Source of the DNA: an uncultured Verrucomicrobiae bacterium
GTDB taxonomy: Bacteria; Verrucomicrobiota; Verrucomicrobiia; Chthoniobacterales; UBA10450
Length of the DNA stretch: 64,000 bases
Assembly: GCA_963735805.1 (NCBI GenBank)
Contig: CAVTMK010000002.1
Span: 864,001-928,000, forward strand
Reading direction: 5' to 3'
Shown one piece after another: positions 40,527 through 50,543 of this stretch. Each line of letters starts with the position of its first letter. Position 1 is the first letter of the stretch. The translations under genes were made by a program, and so were the position numbers. The notes beneath the pieces are model-generated. The model ran no database searches and was not told where the DNA came from. It worked only from the letters and a program-made list of their open reading frames with translations.

Positions 40527-41297
40527 ATGCAATTTCGCCTTCTAGTTTCTTTTATCTCCATCACGGTCATCGCTGCAACAGCGTTCGCTCAGGATAAAAG
40601 TCAGCCGACCGCAGATGAGTTGGTTGCCAAAAACATTGAAGCGAAAGGCGGCGCTGTTGCACTACATGATCTCCAGACCCTGCGTCTCACCGGCAAAATG
40701 CTTGTTCAGGAGGGGCAAATTCAATTGACCTTCACGCAGATCAAGAAGCGACCTGACCAAGTCCGCACCGAAGCGTCTCTTCAGGGAATGACTCAGATCG
40801 AGGCGTATGACGGCAAAGAAGGGTGGAAAGTCTCACCATTCTTCGGGCGTAAAGATCCTGAACGAATGTCAGCCGATGATGTCAAGGCGCTCGCGGAAGA
40901 TGCGGAAATGGATGGCCCATTGGTCGATTGGCAGGCGAAAGGAAATACGGTCGAATATCTCGGAACCGAGGACGTTGATGGGACACCGGCGCACAAGTTA
41001 AAAGTCACGAGGAAGAACGGTGATGTCAGTTTTGTCTACCTGGACCCGGATCATTTTCTGGAGATTCGGATCTTGACGCAACGAACCAGACACGGCGCAT
41101 ACGAAGAAGTAGAGACCGATCTGGGCGATTACGAGAAAGCCGGGAACGTATTTGTTCCAACCTCGATCGAGTTCGGGCCCAAAGGAGCGGCTGACAAGCA
41201 AAGGATCATAATTGATAAGGTCGAAGCCAACGTACCGGTGGATGACGCGATATTTCATTTCCCCGGCCACGTTATTCTACCGCAACCACAGCGCTGA
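40527..41297 (+). CDS. Secreted protein, putative LolA-like / outer-membrane lipoprotein-sorting fold
   Basis: Signal peptide (..ATAFA-QD) and beta-rich pattern (AYDGKEGW, YLGTEDVDG..AHKLKV, VYLDPDHFL, DYEK). Confidence 0.5.
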   Translation: MQFRLLVSFISITVIAATAFAQDKSQPTADELVAKNIEAKGGAVALHDLQTLRLTGKMLVQEGQIQLTFTQIKKRPDQVRTEASLQGMTQIEAYDGKEGWKVSPFFGRKDPERMSADDVKALAEDAEMDGPLVDWQAKGNTVEYLGTEDVDGTPAHKLKVTRKNGDVSFVYLDPDHFLEIRILTQRTRHGAYEEVETDLGDYEKAGNVFVPTSIEFGPKGAADKQRIIIDKVEANVPVDDAIFHFPGHVILPQPQR

Positions 41298-41304
41298 GTA
41301 ATAG

Positions 41305-44300
41305 ATGAGAACAATGAACAATCCAACGCGACGCGAGGATTCCCCTTTTACACGCCATGGCTTTGGAGCACGAGGTGTTCTCGCGTCATTTTCATTCCTG
41401 CTTGTCTGCGCAATTTCTTGTTGGGCGGAGGAAACGCCATTCAATTCGTCGACAATTTCCGGCCTGGGCGCACGCAACATAGGCTCCGCTACGATGAGCG
41501 GACGCATTTCAGCTATCGCGGGAGCGCGCGAACCGTCGGGCAAGATCACGTTGTTTGTCGGCGCCGCCAGTGGTGGCATTTGGAAATCTGATGATAGCGG
41601 GACACGATATCGACCCGTGTTTGACGAACAACCCGTGCAATCGATCGGCGCCATCGCACTCGATCCGAAAAATTCAAAAAACGTCTGGGTCGGCACTGGT
41701 GAATCGTGGACGCGAAACAGCGTTTCGATTGGCGACGGAATCTACAAATCCACCGACGGCGGCGAAACGTGGACGCATTCCGGTCTGGAAAAGTCCGAGC
41801 GCATTGCAAAGATCGCAGTGAGCCCAAATAACAGCGACACGGTTTTTGCAGCCGTGCCGGGCCCTCTTTGGAGCGATTCGCCCGACCGCGGTCTGTACAA
41901 AACTACTGACGGCGGAAAAAGGTGGAATCAAGTTCTCAAGGGATCCAATCTCTCGACTGGTTGCAGCGATATCACGATCGATCCGGCAAATCCGAATATC
42001 GTGTTCGCAGCGATTTGGGATTTCCGGCGCAAAGGCTGGGAGTATCGGTCAGGCGGCGACGGTCCTACAGCGCCCTCGGCCAGTGGATTATTTCGGTCTA
42101 CAGACGGCGGCAATACCTGGGCGGAGATTACGCCGGACACCAACAAAGGGTTCCCCAAGAAACCATACGGTCGCCTTGCCGTGGCACTCGCACCTTCGAA
42201 TTCCAAACGGGTTTACGCTTTTGTGGAATCCCCGGATAGCGCTCTCTTTGTCTCCGACGATGGCGGTATGACCTGGGAAAAGCGCGACAAAAGCCAATGG
42301 ATGGTGTGGCGTCCGTTCTACTTTGCTAACTTGATTGTCGATCCCAAAAACCCAGATCGCGTATTTAAGACTGATGGCTCCCTGATTGTCAGCGAAGATG
42401 CCGGCAAAAGTTTCGCAGTTGTTGGCGGATTCGGCGGGATGCACGGTGATGTGCACGATGTTTGGATCGATCCAACAAACACGCAGGTGGTATTTTCCGG
42501 CGACGACGGTGGGATGTGGTATTCCTACAACGGTGGCGCGAAATGGTGGAAAGCTGAAAACCTGCCAATCTCGCAGTTTTATCATGTTAGCGTGGACGAT
42601 AAGGACCCGTACCGTGTTTATGGCGGCTTGCAGGACAACAGCTCTTTCGTGGGCGAATCACAATATCCAGGCGGCGTTACCAACGCGCAGTGGGAAAACA
42701 TGTATAACGGCGACGGATTCTGGATGTTTCCCGATCCTGCTGATCCCGATCAAATCTATGCCGAGTATCAAGGCGGCGAGATCGGCAGGGTAAATCGCCA
42801 CACGCACGAAGCTCGCAACATCAAGCCGAGACCGAATTATAAAGAAAAGCTTCGATTTAATTGGAATACACCAATCGCACTCTCGCCTAACGAAAAAGGG
42901 ACGATCTATATCGGCGCTCAGTTTTTGTTTCGTTCCCGAGATCATGGCCAAACGTGGGAACGGATCTCGCCCGACCTGACAACCAACGATCCACAAAAAC
43001 AGAAACAGGAGCAATCTGGCGGTGTCACAGTGGACAATTCCTCGGCGGAAATGCACACCACGATTTATTCGATCAGTGAATCGCCCAAGGACAAATCGCT
43101 GATTTGGGTCGGCACAGATGACGGCAACCTTCAGGTCACTCGCGACGGCGGCAAAACATGGACCAATGTGGTCGGCAACGTTCCCGGTTTGCCCAAAAAT
43201 TCGTGGGTATCATGGGTGCAGGCGAGCAACTTCAATGCCGGCACCGCGTATGTGGCGTTTGACCGACATACTTTTGGCGACATGTCGCCGTATGTTTTCA
43301 AAACAACGGATTACGGGAAGACGTGGACGCCGCTCGTAAGCGGTCAGGATGCCAAAGGCGTTCGCGGATACGCTCACGTAATCAAGGAAGATTTGGTCAA
43401 GCCGGACCTCCTCTTTCTAGGGACCGAGTTTGGCCTTTGGGTCTCCATCGATGGTGGAAAAAACTGGGCGCAGTTTAAAGGCAACCATTTCCCGGCGGTT
43501 GCCGTTCGAGATCTGGCAATTCAGCCGCGCGATAACGATCTGGTTCTTGCAACGCACGGGCGCGGCATCTGGATTATTGACGATATTACTCCGTTACGCG
43601 CGTTGACGCCGGAGCTGCTCAAGCAGGAAGCAGCGTTTGTTTCCGCGCGTCCGGTTCAACAGCGAATTGAAGGCTCGGGCGGCTGGGCGTCTGGCGATGC
43701 GGTTTTTATTGGCGACAATCCCCCTGACGCCGCCGTGATCGATTATTACCAGCGCCAGCGTCATCTGTTTGGCAAATTGAAACTTGAGGTTTTGGATTCC
43801 TTCGGCCGCGTCGTCGATGAATTGCCGGCGAGCAAACGTCCCGGATTGAATCGGGTAACGTGGACGATGCGTGTGAAGCCGCCGCGTGTGCCGCCTGCCG
43901 CGCAGATCGCCTTTGCGGGAGTACGAGGTCCACGGCTGATACCAGGCGTCTACACAGTACGTCTCACAAAAGCCGGCAAAGTGTCGGAAGCGAAGTTAAC
44001 AGTTGGTCTCGATCGCCGCGCGAAGTTCAGCGCTGCCGACCGTAAGGCACAATTCGATGCTGCGATGAAGGTGCATGCGCTCTTTGACGAAGAAAGCGCG
44101 CTAATGGACCGGATCGTTTCCTTGCGCAAGACGTTAGCACAGGCCGGTGGAACCTTGCCGGAAAGTGACTCAATTCGGAAAGACGTTTCTGATTTCGACG
44201 GAAAAGTCGATGCTGTTCGCAAGAAAATTGTCGCTACAACCGAAGGAGGCGCGATCACCGGGGAAGAGCGCTTGCGTGAACACACCGACCAACTTTATGG

Positions 44301-44568
44301 AGCGATCTTGAGCTACGAGGGAAAACCTGGTGCTTACCAAATTGCCTATATCGACGCGCTCAATCGGGAATTGAGCGATGTGACGAAAGAATTTGATCAA
44401 TTACTCACTAAGGACCTGCCGGCCTTAAACGAATCTCTTAAAGCGAACGGACAAACACCGATTCCCGCGCCCTCGGCCAGCGTCGGCGCCGTCGATGCCA
44501 CATATGGTTCCGGTGGCTCGATTGGCGGGGGCACCGTCCTTCCAGCCGGCTTCCGTATTTCTTACTAA
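41305..44568 (+). CDS. Large secreted BNR/Asp-box beta-propeller (VPS10/sortilin-like, glycosyl-hydrolase-like)
   Basis: Many S/T-x-D-x-G-x-T-W Asp-boxes (STDGGETW, SDDGGMTW, SRDHGQTW, TTDYGKTW, SIDGGKNW) and a helical C-terminus. Confidence 0.85.
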   Translation: MRTMNNPTRREDSPFTRHGFGARGVLASFSFLLVCAISCWAEETPFNSSTISGLGARNIGSATMSGRISAIAGAREPSGKITLFVGAASGGIWKSDDSGTRYRPVFDEQPVQSIGAIALDPKNSKNVWVGTGESWTRNSVSIGDGIYKSTDGGETWTHSGLEKSERIAKIAVSPNNSDTVFAAVPGPLWSDSPDRGLYKTTDGGKRWNQVLKGSNLSTGCSDITIDPANPNIVFAAIWDFRRKGWEYRSGGDGPTAPSASGLFRSTDGGNTWAEITPDTNKGFPKKPYGRLAVALAPSNSKRVYAFVESPDSALFVSDDGGMTWEKRDKSQWMVWRPFYFANLIVDPKNPDRVFKTDGSLIVSEDAGKSFAVVGGFGGMHGDVHDVWIDPTNTQVVFSGDDGGMWYSYNGGAKWWKAENLPISQFYHVSVDDKDPYRVYGGLQDNSSFVGESQYPGGVTNAQWENMYNGDGFWMFPDPADPDQIYAEYQGGEIGRVNRHTHEARNIKPRPNYKEKLRFNWNTPIALSPNEKGTIYIGAQFLFRSRDHGQTWERISPDLTTNDPQKQKQEQSGGVTVDNSSAEMHTTIYSISESPKDKSLIWVGTDDGNLQVTRDGGKTWTNVVGNVPGLPKNSWVSWVQASNFNAGTAYVAFDRHTFGDMSPYVFKTTDYGKTWTPLVSGQDAKGVRGYAHVIKEDLVKPDLLFLGTEFGLWVSIDGGKNWAQFKGNHFPAVAVRDLAIQPRDNDLVLATHGRGIWIIDDITPLRALTPELLKQEAAFVSARPVQQRIEGSGGWASGDAVFIGDNPPDAAVIDYYQRQRHLFGKLKLEVLDSFGRVVDELPASKRPGLNRVTWTMRVKPPRVPPAAQIAFAGVRGPRLIPGVYTVRLTKAGKVSEAKLTVGLDRRAKFSAADRKAQFDAAMKVHALFDEESALMDRIVSLRKTLAQAGGTLPESDSIRKDVSDFDGKVDAVRKKIVATTEGGAITGEERLREHTDQLYGAILSYEGKPGAYQIAYIDALNRELSDVTKEFDQLLTKDLPALNESLKANGQTPIPAPSASVGAVDATYGSGGSIGGGTVLPAGFRISY

Positions 44569-44691
44569 CTCATTTGCCCGCAGGTGAGAAGGTCGGTGGG
44601 CGTAGCGAGTCGTAGCTTGCGTCGTTTGTCGCCATACGACCAAAAGGTCCGCCTTTGCCAAGAATTACATGATCGCGGCGAGAGAGAGAAG

Positions 44692-44764
44692 TGGAGGTAA
44701 GGGGATTCGAACCCCTGGCCTTCTCATTGCGAACGAGACGCTCTACCAGCTGAGCTATACCCCC
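44692..44764 (-). tRNA. tRNA-Ala (anticodon CGC), CCA not encoded
   Basis: Reverse complement GGGGGTATAGCTCAGCTGGTAGAGCGTCTCGTTCGCAATGAGAAGGCCAGGGGTTCGAATCCCCTTACCTCCA; has the G3:U70 Ala identity pair. Confidence 0.97.
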
Positions 44765-44942
44765 GTGATCAGCGCACGAAGATTAGCACGGCTCATGGAT
44801 TTTTCATCAAGCGAAAGCGGCTTGGATCTCCCCGATGTAGGATTCTCGCGCAGCGTCCGATCGCTCTTCATGATCCGAGCGGCGCGAAAGAACGATTGCA
44901 GGGAACGCTTTCGGGTTTAAGGTGCGCTCTCCAATTCTAAAT

Positions 44943-45263
44943 ATGTTCCAGACGTTTCTTGCTCAGGCGCAAAGCGCGGCTCCTCAACAGATGCCGGGCG
45001 GCGGCATTGGCTCATTTTTTATACCGCTGATTTTCATATTCATCATCATGTACTTTGTGATGATCCGACCGCAAAAAAAACGACAGCAACAGCAACAGCA
45101 GTTAGTCGCGAGTTTAAAAACCGGAGACCGGGTTGTAACCAATGCCGGCATTCACGGCTTAATTTCCAATGTGAAGGAAAACACCGTGCTCGTGAAAGTG
45201 GCCGACAACGTAAAGATCGAGATGGATAAATCTGCTGTCACAGCGGTGCTGAAAGAGAGTTAG
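44943..45263 (+). CDS. yajC: Preprotein translocase subunit YajC
   Basis: MYFVMIRPQKKR..LKTGDRVVTNAGIHG; upstream of secDF. Confidence 0.95.
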   Translation: MFQTFLAQAQSAAPQQMPGGGIGSFFIPLIFIFIIMYFVMIRPQKKRQQQQQQLVASLKTGDRVVTNAGIHGLISNVKENTVLVKVADNVKIEMDKSAVTAVLKES

Positions 45264-45293
45264 TTTGTTAAACTGTTAAATCGCTAAGCCGCA

Positions 45294-47633
45294 ATGACTC
45301 CAGCGTTTACATTTTTTGTCGGGCTAGCGCTGCTCGTACTCTTCGGGTGGTATTTCGCCACCGATCAAGGTCCGCGAAAACGTTGGCTGGCCACCGCGCT
45401 GGTACTGTTGCTGGTTGTCTGCAGCATTTTCACGATCTGGCCGCCGCAGAAGAAAATCGCGCTCGGACTCGACATTCAAGGCGGCACTTCCTTCCTCATT
45501 CGGCTAAAGGCTGGCGACAAACAAGTCACCAAAGGCATGCTCGACCAGGCAGTCGAGGTCATTCGCAAACGCGTCGATTACTTTGGCGGGGGCGAACCAA
45601 TTATCAGTCCGGTCGGTAACGATCGGATTTTGGTCCAGATTCCCGGTCTCGACACTGCGAAGATTCAGGAAGCGCGCGATCAACTTTCCCGGGTCGCAAA
45701 GCTGGAGTTCCGCCTGGTTTATCCCGATAACGGACAAAAATTGAAGGCTATCGACGAAGGCAAAGATGTCATTCCGCCGGAGTTTCGCATCGAAACGTAC
45801 AAGCTGCAGCGTGAAGGTGAAAAACCTGTTGAAGAACGGCTGTTGGTAAAAAAGAAAGCCGATCTGGCCGGCGATCGAGTTTCGGGCGCGGGTGCTTCAT
45901 ATGAACGAGATGGTTGGGTAGTCCATTTAAGGTTCGATAGCGAGGGCGCCAAGAAGTTCGGAGACATTACAGCTGCGAATGTTCATCATCGGTTCGCGAT
46001 TGTGCTGGATGGATTAATCCAATCTGCGCCCGTGATTCAGGACGCCATTTACGGTGGAGATGCACAGATCACCGGGCACTTCACGGAAGAAGAAGCGCGC
46101 GGGTTGGCCAGTGTGCTTGAAAACCCGCTGCAAACGCCGGTAAGCATTGAGGAAGAGCGCAGTGTTTCACCTACTCTCGGGCTGGACTCGATTCGCGCGA
46201 GTATCCTGGCCGGTTTGGTTGGGCTGGCCATCACGCTCGTTTGCGTGGCCATCTACTATAAAATCCCCGGTCTGGTCGCAAATCTCGCGCTGATCATCAA
46301 TCTCATTTTGCTCGTCGGCGCCCTGACGATGTTCCACTTCGTCCTTACGTTACCCGGCATTGCGGGCATCATTTTGACCATTGGCCTTTCGGTGGACGCG
46401 AACGTGCTAATCTACGAACGGTTGCGCGAGGAAATGGCGCTTGGAAAATCGCTCAAGGTTGCACTAAACACGGCTTACGAGAAAGCTTTCAGCTCCATTT
46501 TTGATGCCAACGTCACCACGCTCATCACCGCCGCGATTCTCTTTTGGAAAGCGAGCGGTCCGGTGAAGGGTTTCGCGATCTCGCTTACACTCGGCATTTT
46601 AGCGTCATTGTTTACGGCGCTCATTGTGGGCCGCAATTGCCTCGGCTGGTTTGTCGATACTGGAAAACTGAAACGTATCTCGATGCTCCACTTGATTTCA
46701 GCGCACAACATCAATTTCCTCGGCAGAGGTTTTATCGCGTGCATGTGCTCGCTGGCGCTGCTTCTGGCCGGCGCATTTGCCTTTTACAAACGTGGCGAAC
46801 GCAACTTCGGCGTTGATTTTCGCGGCGGCGACCTGATCACGTTGAGCGCACCGGGCAAGATCGATATCGGGCAGGTACGCAACGCCCTTAAGCCAATCGG
46901 ACTCGCGGACGCTTCGATTCAAGAATCCACCCAGGTTAGTCGAAGCTATATCACAATTCGCACGCCGTTGAACACCAGCGACAAAGTGGAAAAGCAGGTC
47001 TTGCAGACGCTCCCAAGCTCTGGGTTTAGAGTGGAAGGCTCGGAACGCGTCGGCGCGCTGGTGGGCGGTGAACTGGCAAAAAACTCGTTGATCGCACTCG
47101 GCCTGGGCATTCTGGGCATCTTGATCTTTGTAACGTTTCGTTTCGAGCTAGCGTTTGCCGTGGGCGCGATAGTTGCCCTGTTGCATGACGTCCTCATCAC
47201 CGTTGGCATGTTCTCGCTGCTCGGGCGCGAGCTTACTCTCACAATGATTGGCGCCGTATTGACGATCGCCGGCTATTCCATCAATGATACGATTGTCGTT
47301 TACGATCGGATTCGCGAAGGTCTGGCCAGCGGGCGCCGCGGGAGCATCGAAGAAATCATGAATTCGAGTATCAACCAGACGCTGAGCCGAACGATTCTTA
47401 CCAGCACAGTAACGCTTATTCCGATCCTGTGCCTGTTTTTCTTTGGCGGCGCGGTGCTCAGGGATTTTTCGCTCGCCATCATTATCGGCGTGGTTGTCGG
47501 TACCTACTCCTCAATCTTTATCGCTTCGCCCATAGTTCTCTGGTGGACGCGCGCCCGCGGCGGCGGTGCCACGGCCTTGCGGCGCGAAATCACTGAAAAA
47601 GCTGCCACGGCCAATCCACTTGCCCAGCGCTGA
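45294..47633 (+). CDS. secDF: Fused protein translocase subunit SecDF
   Basis: LGLDIQGG, LTLPGIAGIILTIGLSVDANVLIYER, FGVDFRGG, GYSINDTIVVYDRIRE. Confidence 0.96.
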   Translation: MTPAFTFFVGLALLVLFGWYFATDQGPRKRWLATALVLLLVVCSIFTIWPPQKKIALGLDIQGGTSFLIRLKAGDKQVTKGMLDQAVEVIRKRVDYFGGGEPIISPVGNDRILVQIPGLDTAKIQEARDQLSRVAKLEFRLVYPDNGQKLKAIDEGKDVIPPEFRIETYKLQREGEKPVEERLLVKKKADLAGDRVSGAGASYERDGWVVHLRFDSEGAKKFGDITAANVHHRFAIVLDGLIQSAPVIQDAIYGGDAQITGHFTEEEARGLASVLENPLQTPVSIEEERSVSPTLGLDSIRASILAGLVGLAITLVCVAIYYKIPGLVANLALIINLILLVGALTMFHFVLTLPGIAGIILTIGLSVDANVLIYERLREEMALGKSLKVALNTAYEKAFSSIFDANVTTLITAAILFWKASGPVKGFAISLTLGILASLFTALIVGRNCLGWFVDTGKLKRISMLHLISAHNINFLGRGFIACMCSLALLLAGAFAFYKRGERNFGVDFRGGDLITLSAPGKIDIGQVRNALKPIGLADASIQESTQVSRSYITIRTPLNTSDKVEKQVLQTLPSSGFRVEGSERVGALVGGELAKNSLIALGLGILGILIFVTFRFELAFAVGAIVALLHDVLITVGMFSLLGRELTLTMIGAVLTIAGYSINDTIVVYDRIREGLASGRRGSIEEIMNSSINQTLSRTILTSTVTLIPILCLFFFGGAVLRDFSLAIIIGVVVGTYSSIFIASPIVLWWTRARGGGATALRREITEKAATANPLAQR

Positions 47634-47706
47634 GCCGTTTTACTCCCCGTCCCCAGGGGGCTATTTGCCTGCTTCAGACCCTCCTGGGGCGCTTTTCTTA
47701 GCGGAT

Positions 47707-47735
47707 TTGACGGGGCCGCTGGCCCCGAGTAGGCT
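47707..47735 (+). promoter_or_regulatory. Putative sigma-70 promoter of rpsU
   Basis: TTGACG-17 nt-TAGGCT, followed by an AGGAG RBS before the start codon. Confidence 0.5.
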
Positions 47736-47783
47736 CCCGCTCGCCGATTAGGAGCCCATTTTTAAAGTCAGGAGTGATTATTG

Positions 47784-47981
47784 ATGCCAGAAGTGATCGT
47801 TCGCAAAGGTGAACCTGTCGATCGCGCGTTAAAGCGGCTTAAGAACAAGCTGGATGCCGAGGGGATTCTCGAGGAGGTCCGCCGTCTGCGTGCCTTCGAG
47901 ACGCCTTCGCAAAAGCATCGCCGCAAAGCGAAAGCCAACGCCAAGCGCGGTCGGACCAAGTTCCGATTTAATCCCAGCTAA
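47784..47981 (+). CDS. rpsU: 30S ribosomal protein S21
   Basis: MPEVIVRKGEPVDRALKRLK..FETPSQKHRRK. Confidence 0.95.
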   Translation: MPEVIVRKGEPVDRALKRLKNKLDAEGILEEVRRLRAFETPSQKHRRKAKANAKRGRTKFRFNPS

Positions 47982-48041
47982 AAGTTAAAACGTTGCAAGT
48001 TAAACGTTGTCCGGGCAAATTCGTTGGTTGCCATTCAACTT

Positions 48042-49583
48042 TTAACTCTTTGTAGCCGTTTTTCCGGCAAAGAACTGGCCGATTGCTTCTACCAAGCCGT
48101 CGATGTCGTGTCGTTTTGCTTCGACATCGACCTTCAAACCGTTATCACGCGCAGTCTGCGACGTGATTGGCCCGATGCTGGCAACTTGCATTCCTTTGGG
48201 CCAGGATAGTCCAAGCGCAAGAAAGTTTTCGACGGTTGAAGAACTGGTGAACGTGATCAAATCAGCTCCGTCATTCGCAAGTCGCTGCCGCGCACCGCTG
48301 GCGTCGCGCGTTTCGGGTACCGTCCGATAGGCGCATGTTTGGTCCACAATCGCTCCCAAGCCGGAGAGCTCCTTGGGGAGCACGTCTCGCGCCTTTTCTC
48401 CGCGCACCAGCAGGACTTTTAAATTTTCAATGCTTCCTTGCTTTTTGAATTCCCGCACGATGTCTTCAGCTACAAATTCTTCCGGCTGAAGATCAACATG
48501 CAGATGGAATTCTTTCACGCGTTGCGCCGTGGCCGGACCGATTGCCGCAATCCGTGCGCCACCGATTTCGCGCGCATCATCGTATAGTTTGAAGAAAATA
48601 TTAAAAAAGGCTTCGACGCCGTTTGCGCTGGTAAACACGATCCAGTCGTAGATGTGTGCGTCCTGCACAAGCTCTGCGAATTCGCGCAAATCAGCGGGCG
48701 GTTCGATGCGAATCGTGGGTAGTTCGATAACGTGAGCACCAAGCACACGCAGTTTGCTGCTTAACACGCTGGCTTGCTTCCTTGTTCGCGTAACGACAAT
48801 TCTTTTTCCAAGCAGCGGCCGTTTTTCGTACCAATTGAGTTTGTCTCGCAGTGCGACGACGTCTCCGAATACTGCGACTGCCGGGGCTCCGAAATCATTT
48901 GAGACGGCCTTTTGAGCGATATCTTGCAGTGTGCCGGTGAGCGTTTCCTGTTGGCCTGTGGTCGCCCAGCGAACCAATGCTACTGGCAAATCGCCGCGAA
49001 CACCATGCTTCAACATTTCGCTTGTGATCGATCCGAGGCGTTCCATGCCCATCAACATCACCTGGGTACCTCCAAGTTTCGCCAGTGCTGCGTAATCGAT
49101 CGCACTTTCTGTCTTCGCTGGATCTTCGTGCCCAGTAAAGAACGTGACGTGTGAATTGTGCGACCTATGCGTGATGGGAATGCCTGCATACGCGGGCCCG
49201 GCGATGGACGAGGTGATTCCAGGCACAATTTCGAACGGAATACCCGCATCGGCGATCAGCTGAGCTTCTTCAGCGCCTCGACCAAACACGAATGGATCTC
49301 CGCCCTTTAGCCGAATGACCTGCTTTCCTTCGCGCGCTTTTTCGATCAGTAGCGCGTTGATTTCGTGTTGTTTGATCGGCGATTCACCAGCTGTTTTGCC
49401 GACGTAAATAATTTCCGCGTCATCCCTTGCCCAGCCAAGGATCTCGGGATTGGCCAGATGATCGTAAACGACCACATCCGCGCTCTCTATGCACTCCTTT
49501 GCGCGCAAAGTAACCAGACCCAGGTCGCCCGGCCCGGCACCGACCAGGTAAACCTTTCCGTTCCCACTCCGGCTCTTGCTCAT
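48042..49583 (-). CDS. cobA: Uroporphyrinogen-III C-methyltransferase / uroporphyrinogen-III synthase fusion (CobA-HemD)
   Basis: VYLVGAGPGD and RLKGGDPFVFGRG, then HemD motifs (RIVVTR, WIVFTSANGV, FTSSSTV, SIGPITS). Confidence 0.95.
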   Translation of the reverse strand: MSKSRSGNGKVYLVGAGPGDLGLVTLRAKECIESADVVVYDHLANPEILGWARDDAEIIYVGKTAGESPIKQHEINALLIEKAREGKQVIRLKGGDPFVFGRGAEEAQLIADAGIPFEIVPGITSSIAGPAYAGIPITHRSHNSHVTFFTGHEDPAKTESAIDYAALAKLGGTQVMLMGMERLGSITSEMLKHGVRGDLPVALVRWATTGQQETLTGTLQDIAQKAVSNDFGAPAVAVFGDVVALRDKLNWYEKRPLLGKRIVVTRTRKQASVLSSKLRVLGAHVIELPTIRIEPPADLREFAELVQDAHIYDWIVFTSANGVEAFFNIFFKLYDDAREIGGARIAAIGPATAQRVKEFHLHVDLQPEEFVAEDIVREFKKQGSIENLKVLLVRGEKARDVLPKELSGLGAIVDQTCAYRTVPETRDASGARQRLANDGADLITFTSSSTVENFLALGLSWPKGMQVASIGPITSQTARDNGLKVDVEAKRHDIDGLVEAIGQFFAGKTATKS

Positions 49584-50497
49584 ACTCGCAATAACTTCAA
49601 CAGTTGCGATGCCAAATGTTTACCTTCATCGCGAGTGCCTTCCACTTCAGCTTCCCGTGGTGCTGCTGATTGATCGGTAAACAATTGCGCTCTCAGTTTC
49701 ATCTTGTGGTTGTCGATTGTCGCCAGCACGCCCACTGGGCAATTGCAGTCGCCGTGTAACAGACGCAAAAACTCTCGTTCTGCCCGCAAACAAAGCAACG
49801 TTTCGGGATTATTCACAAGATCAACGATCGCCTTCACAGCACGATCACTGGCGCGAATTTGAAGCGCAATGATTCCCTGGCCTCCTGCAGGCAAAAATAT
49901 CTCGCGCGGAAGAATTTCAACGAAAAATCGCCTGCGCTCGACGCTGATTTCGTCATGAGTAGGCGACAGACCGAGACGTTTAAGTCCCGCGTGAGCCAGC
50001 ACGATTGCGTCCCAACCGTTGTCGAGCAACTTGCGCAGCCGGGTCGGAACATTCCCGCGAAGATCGATAACTTTGAGATCTGTGCGTTTCCACAACAGCT
50101 GGCGTTTTCTTCGCACACTACCGGTGGCGATGATTGCGCCCGGAGGCAGCAAAGCGAAACCGCCCAAATGCTTTGAAACCAGCACGTCATTCATCGCTGC
50201 GCGAGGAAGAACCGCGGCAATTTCTGCGTCCGGGCTCGTTTCACTCGGAAGATCTTTTGCGCTATGGACGGCAACATCGACATCCCCGCTAAGAAGAGCT
50301 CGCTCAATTTCTGCTGTAAACAGTCCTTTGCGACCATCCCGGCGCTCAAGAACTCTGGCTTTATCGCCTTGTGTCTTGATGATTCTCGTCTCGATTCGTA
50401 TGTCCGACTTCGCCGCTTGAATTGCTTCTTCAACAAGCCCGGTTTGGGCACGTGCCAGATCGCTACCGCGCGTGCCCAGGATGATTTTCCTTGTCAT
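49580..50497 (-). CDS. hemC: Hydroxymethylbilane synthase
   Basis: LGTRGSDLA, KGLFTAEIE, AVHSAKDLP, LRGNVPTRL, GDCNCPVG. Confidence 0.95.
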   Translation of the reverse strand: MTRKIILGTRGSDLARAQTGLVEEAIQAAKSDIRIETRIIKTQGDKARVLERRDGRKGLFTAEIERALLSGDVDVAVHSAKDLPSETSPDAEIAAVLPRAAMNDVLVSKHLGGFALLPPGAIIATGSVRRKRQLLWKRTDLKVIDLRGNVPTRLRKLLDNGWDAIVLAHAGLKRLGLSPTHDEISVERRRFFVEILPREIFLPAGGQGIIALQIRASDRAVKAIVDLVNNPETLLCLRAEREFLRLLHGDCNCPVGVLATIDNHKMKLRAQLFTDQSAAPREAEVEGTRDEGKHLASQLLKLLRV

Positions 50498-50543
50498 CGC
50501 AGGAATGTAGCCCGCGATAAAGAGTAGGGGAAACTGTCAGCCC

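Noticed and set aside
44669..44920. 83-aa ORF (SGGKGIRTPGLLIANETLYQLSYTP)
   Set aside because: It is the antisense translation of tRNA-Ala, a classic spurious ORF.
45082..45101. Poly-Gln CAG/CAA run in yajC as a phase-variable repeat
   Set aside because: It is short, in frame, uses mixed codons and lies in the normal helical segment of YajC.
47646..47690. GC-rich inverted repeat after secDF as an intrinsic terminator
   Set aside because: The loop is long and there is no immediate U-tract, so the function cannot be supported.
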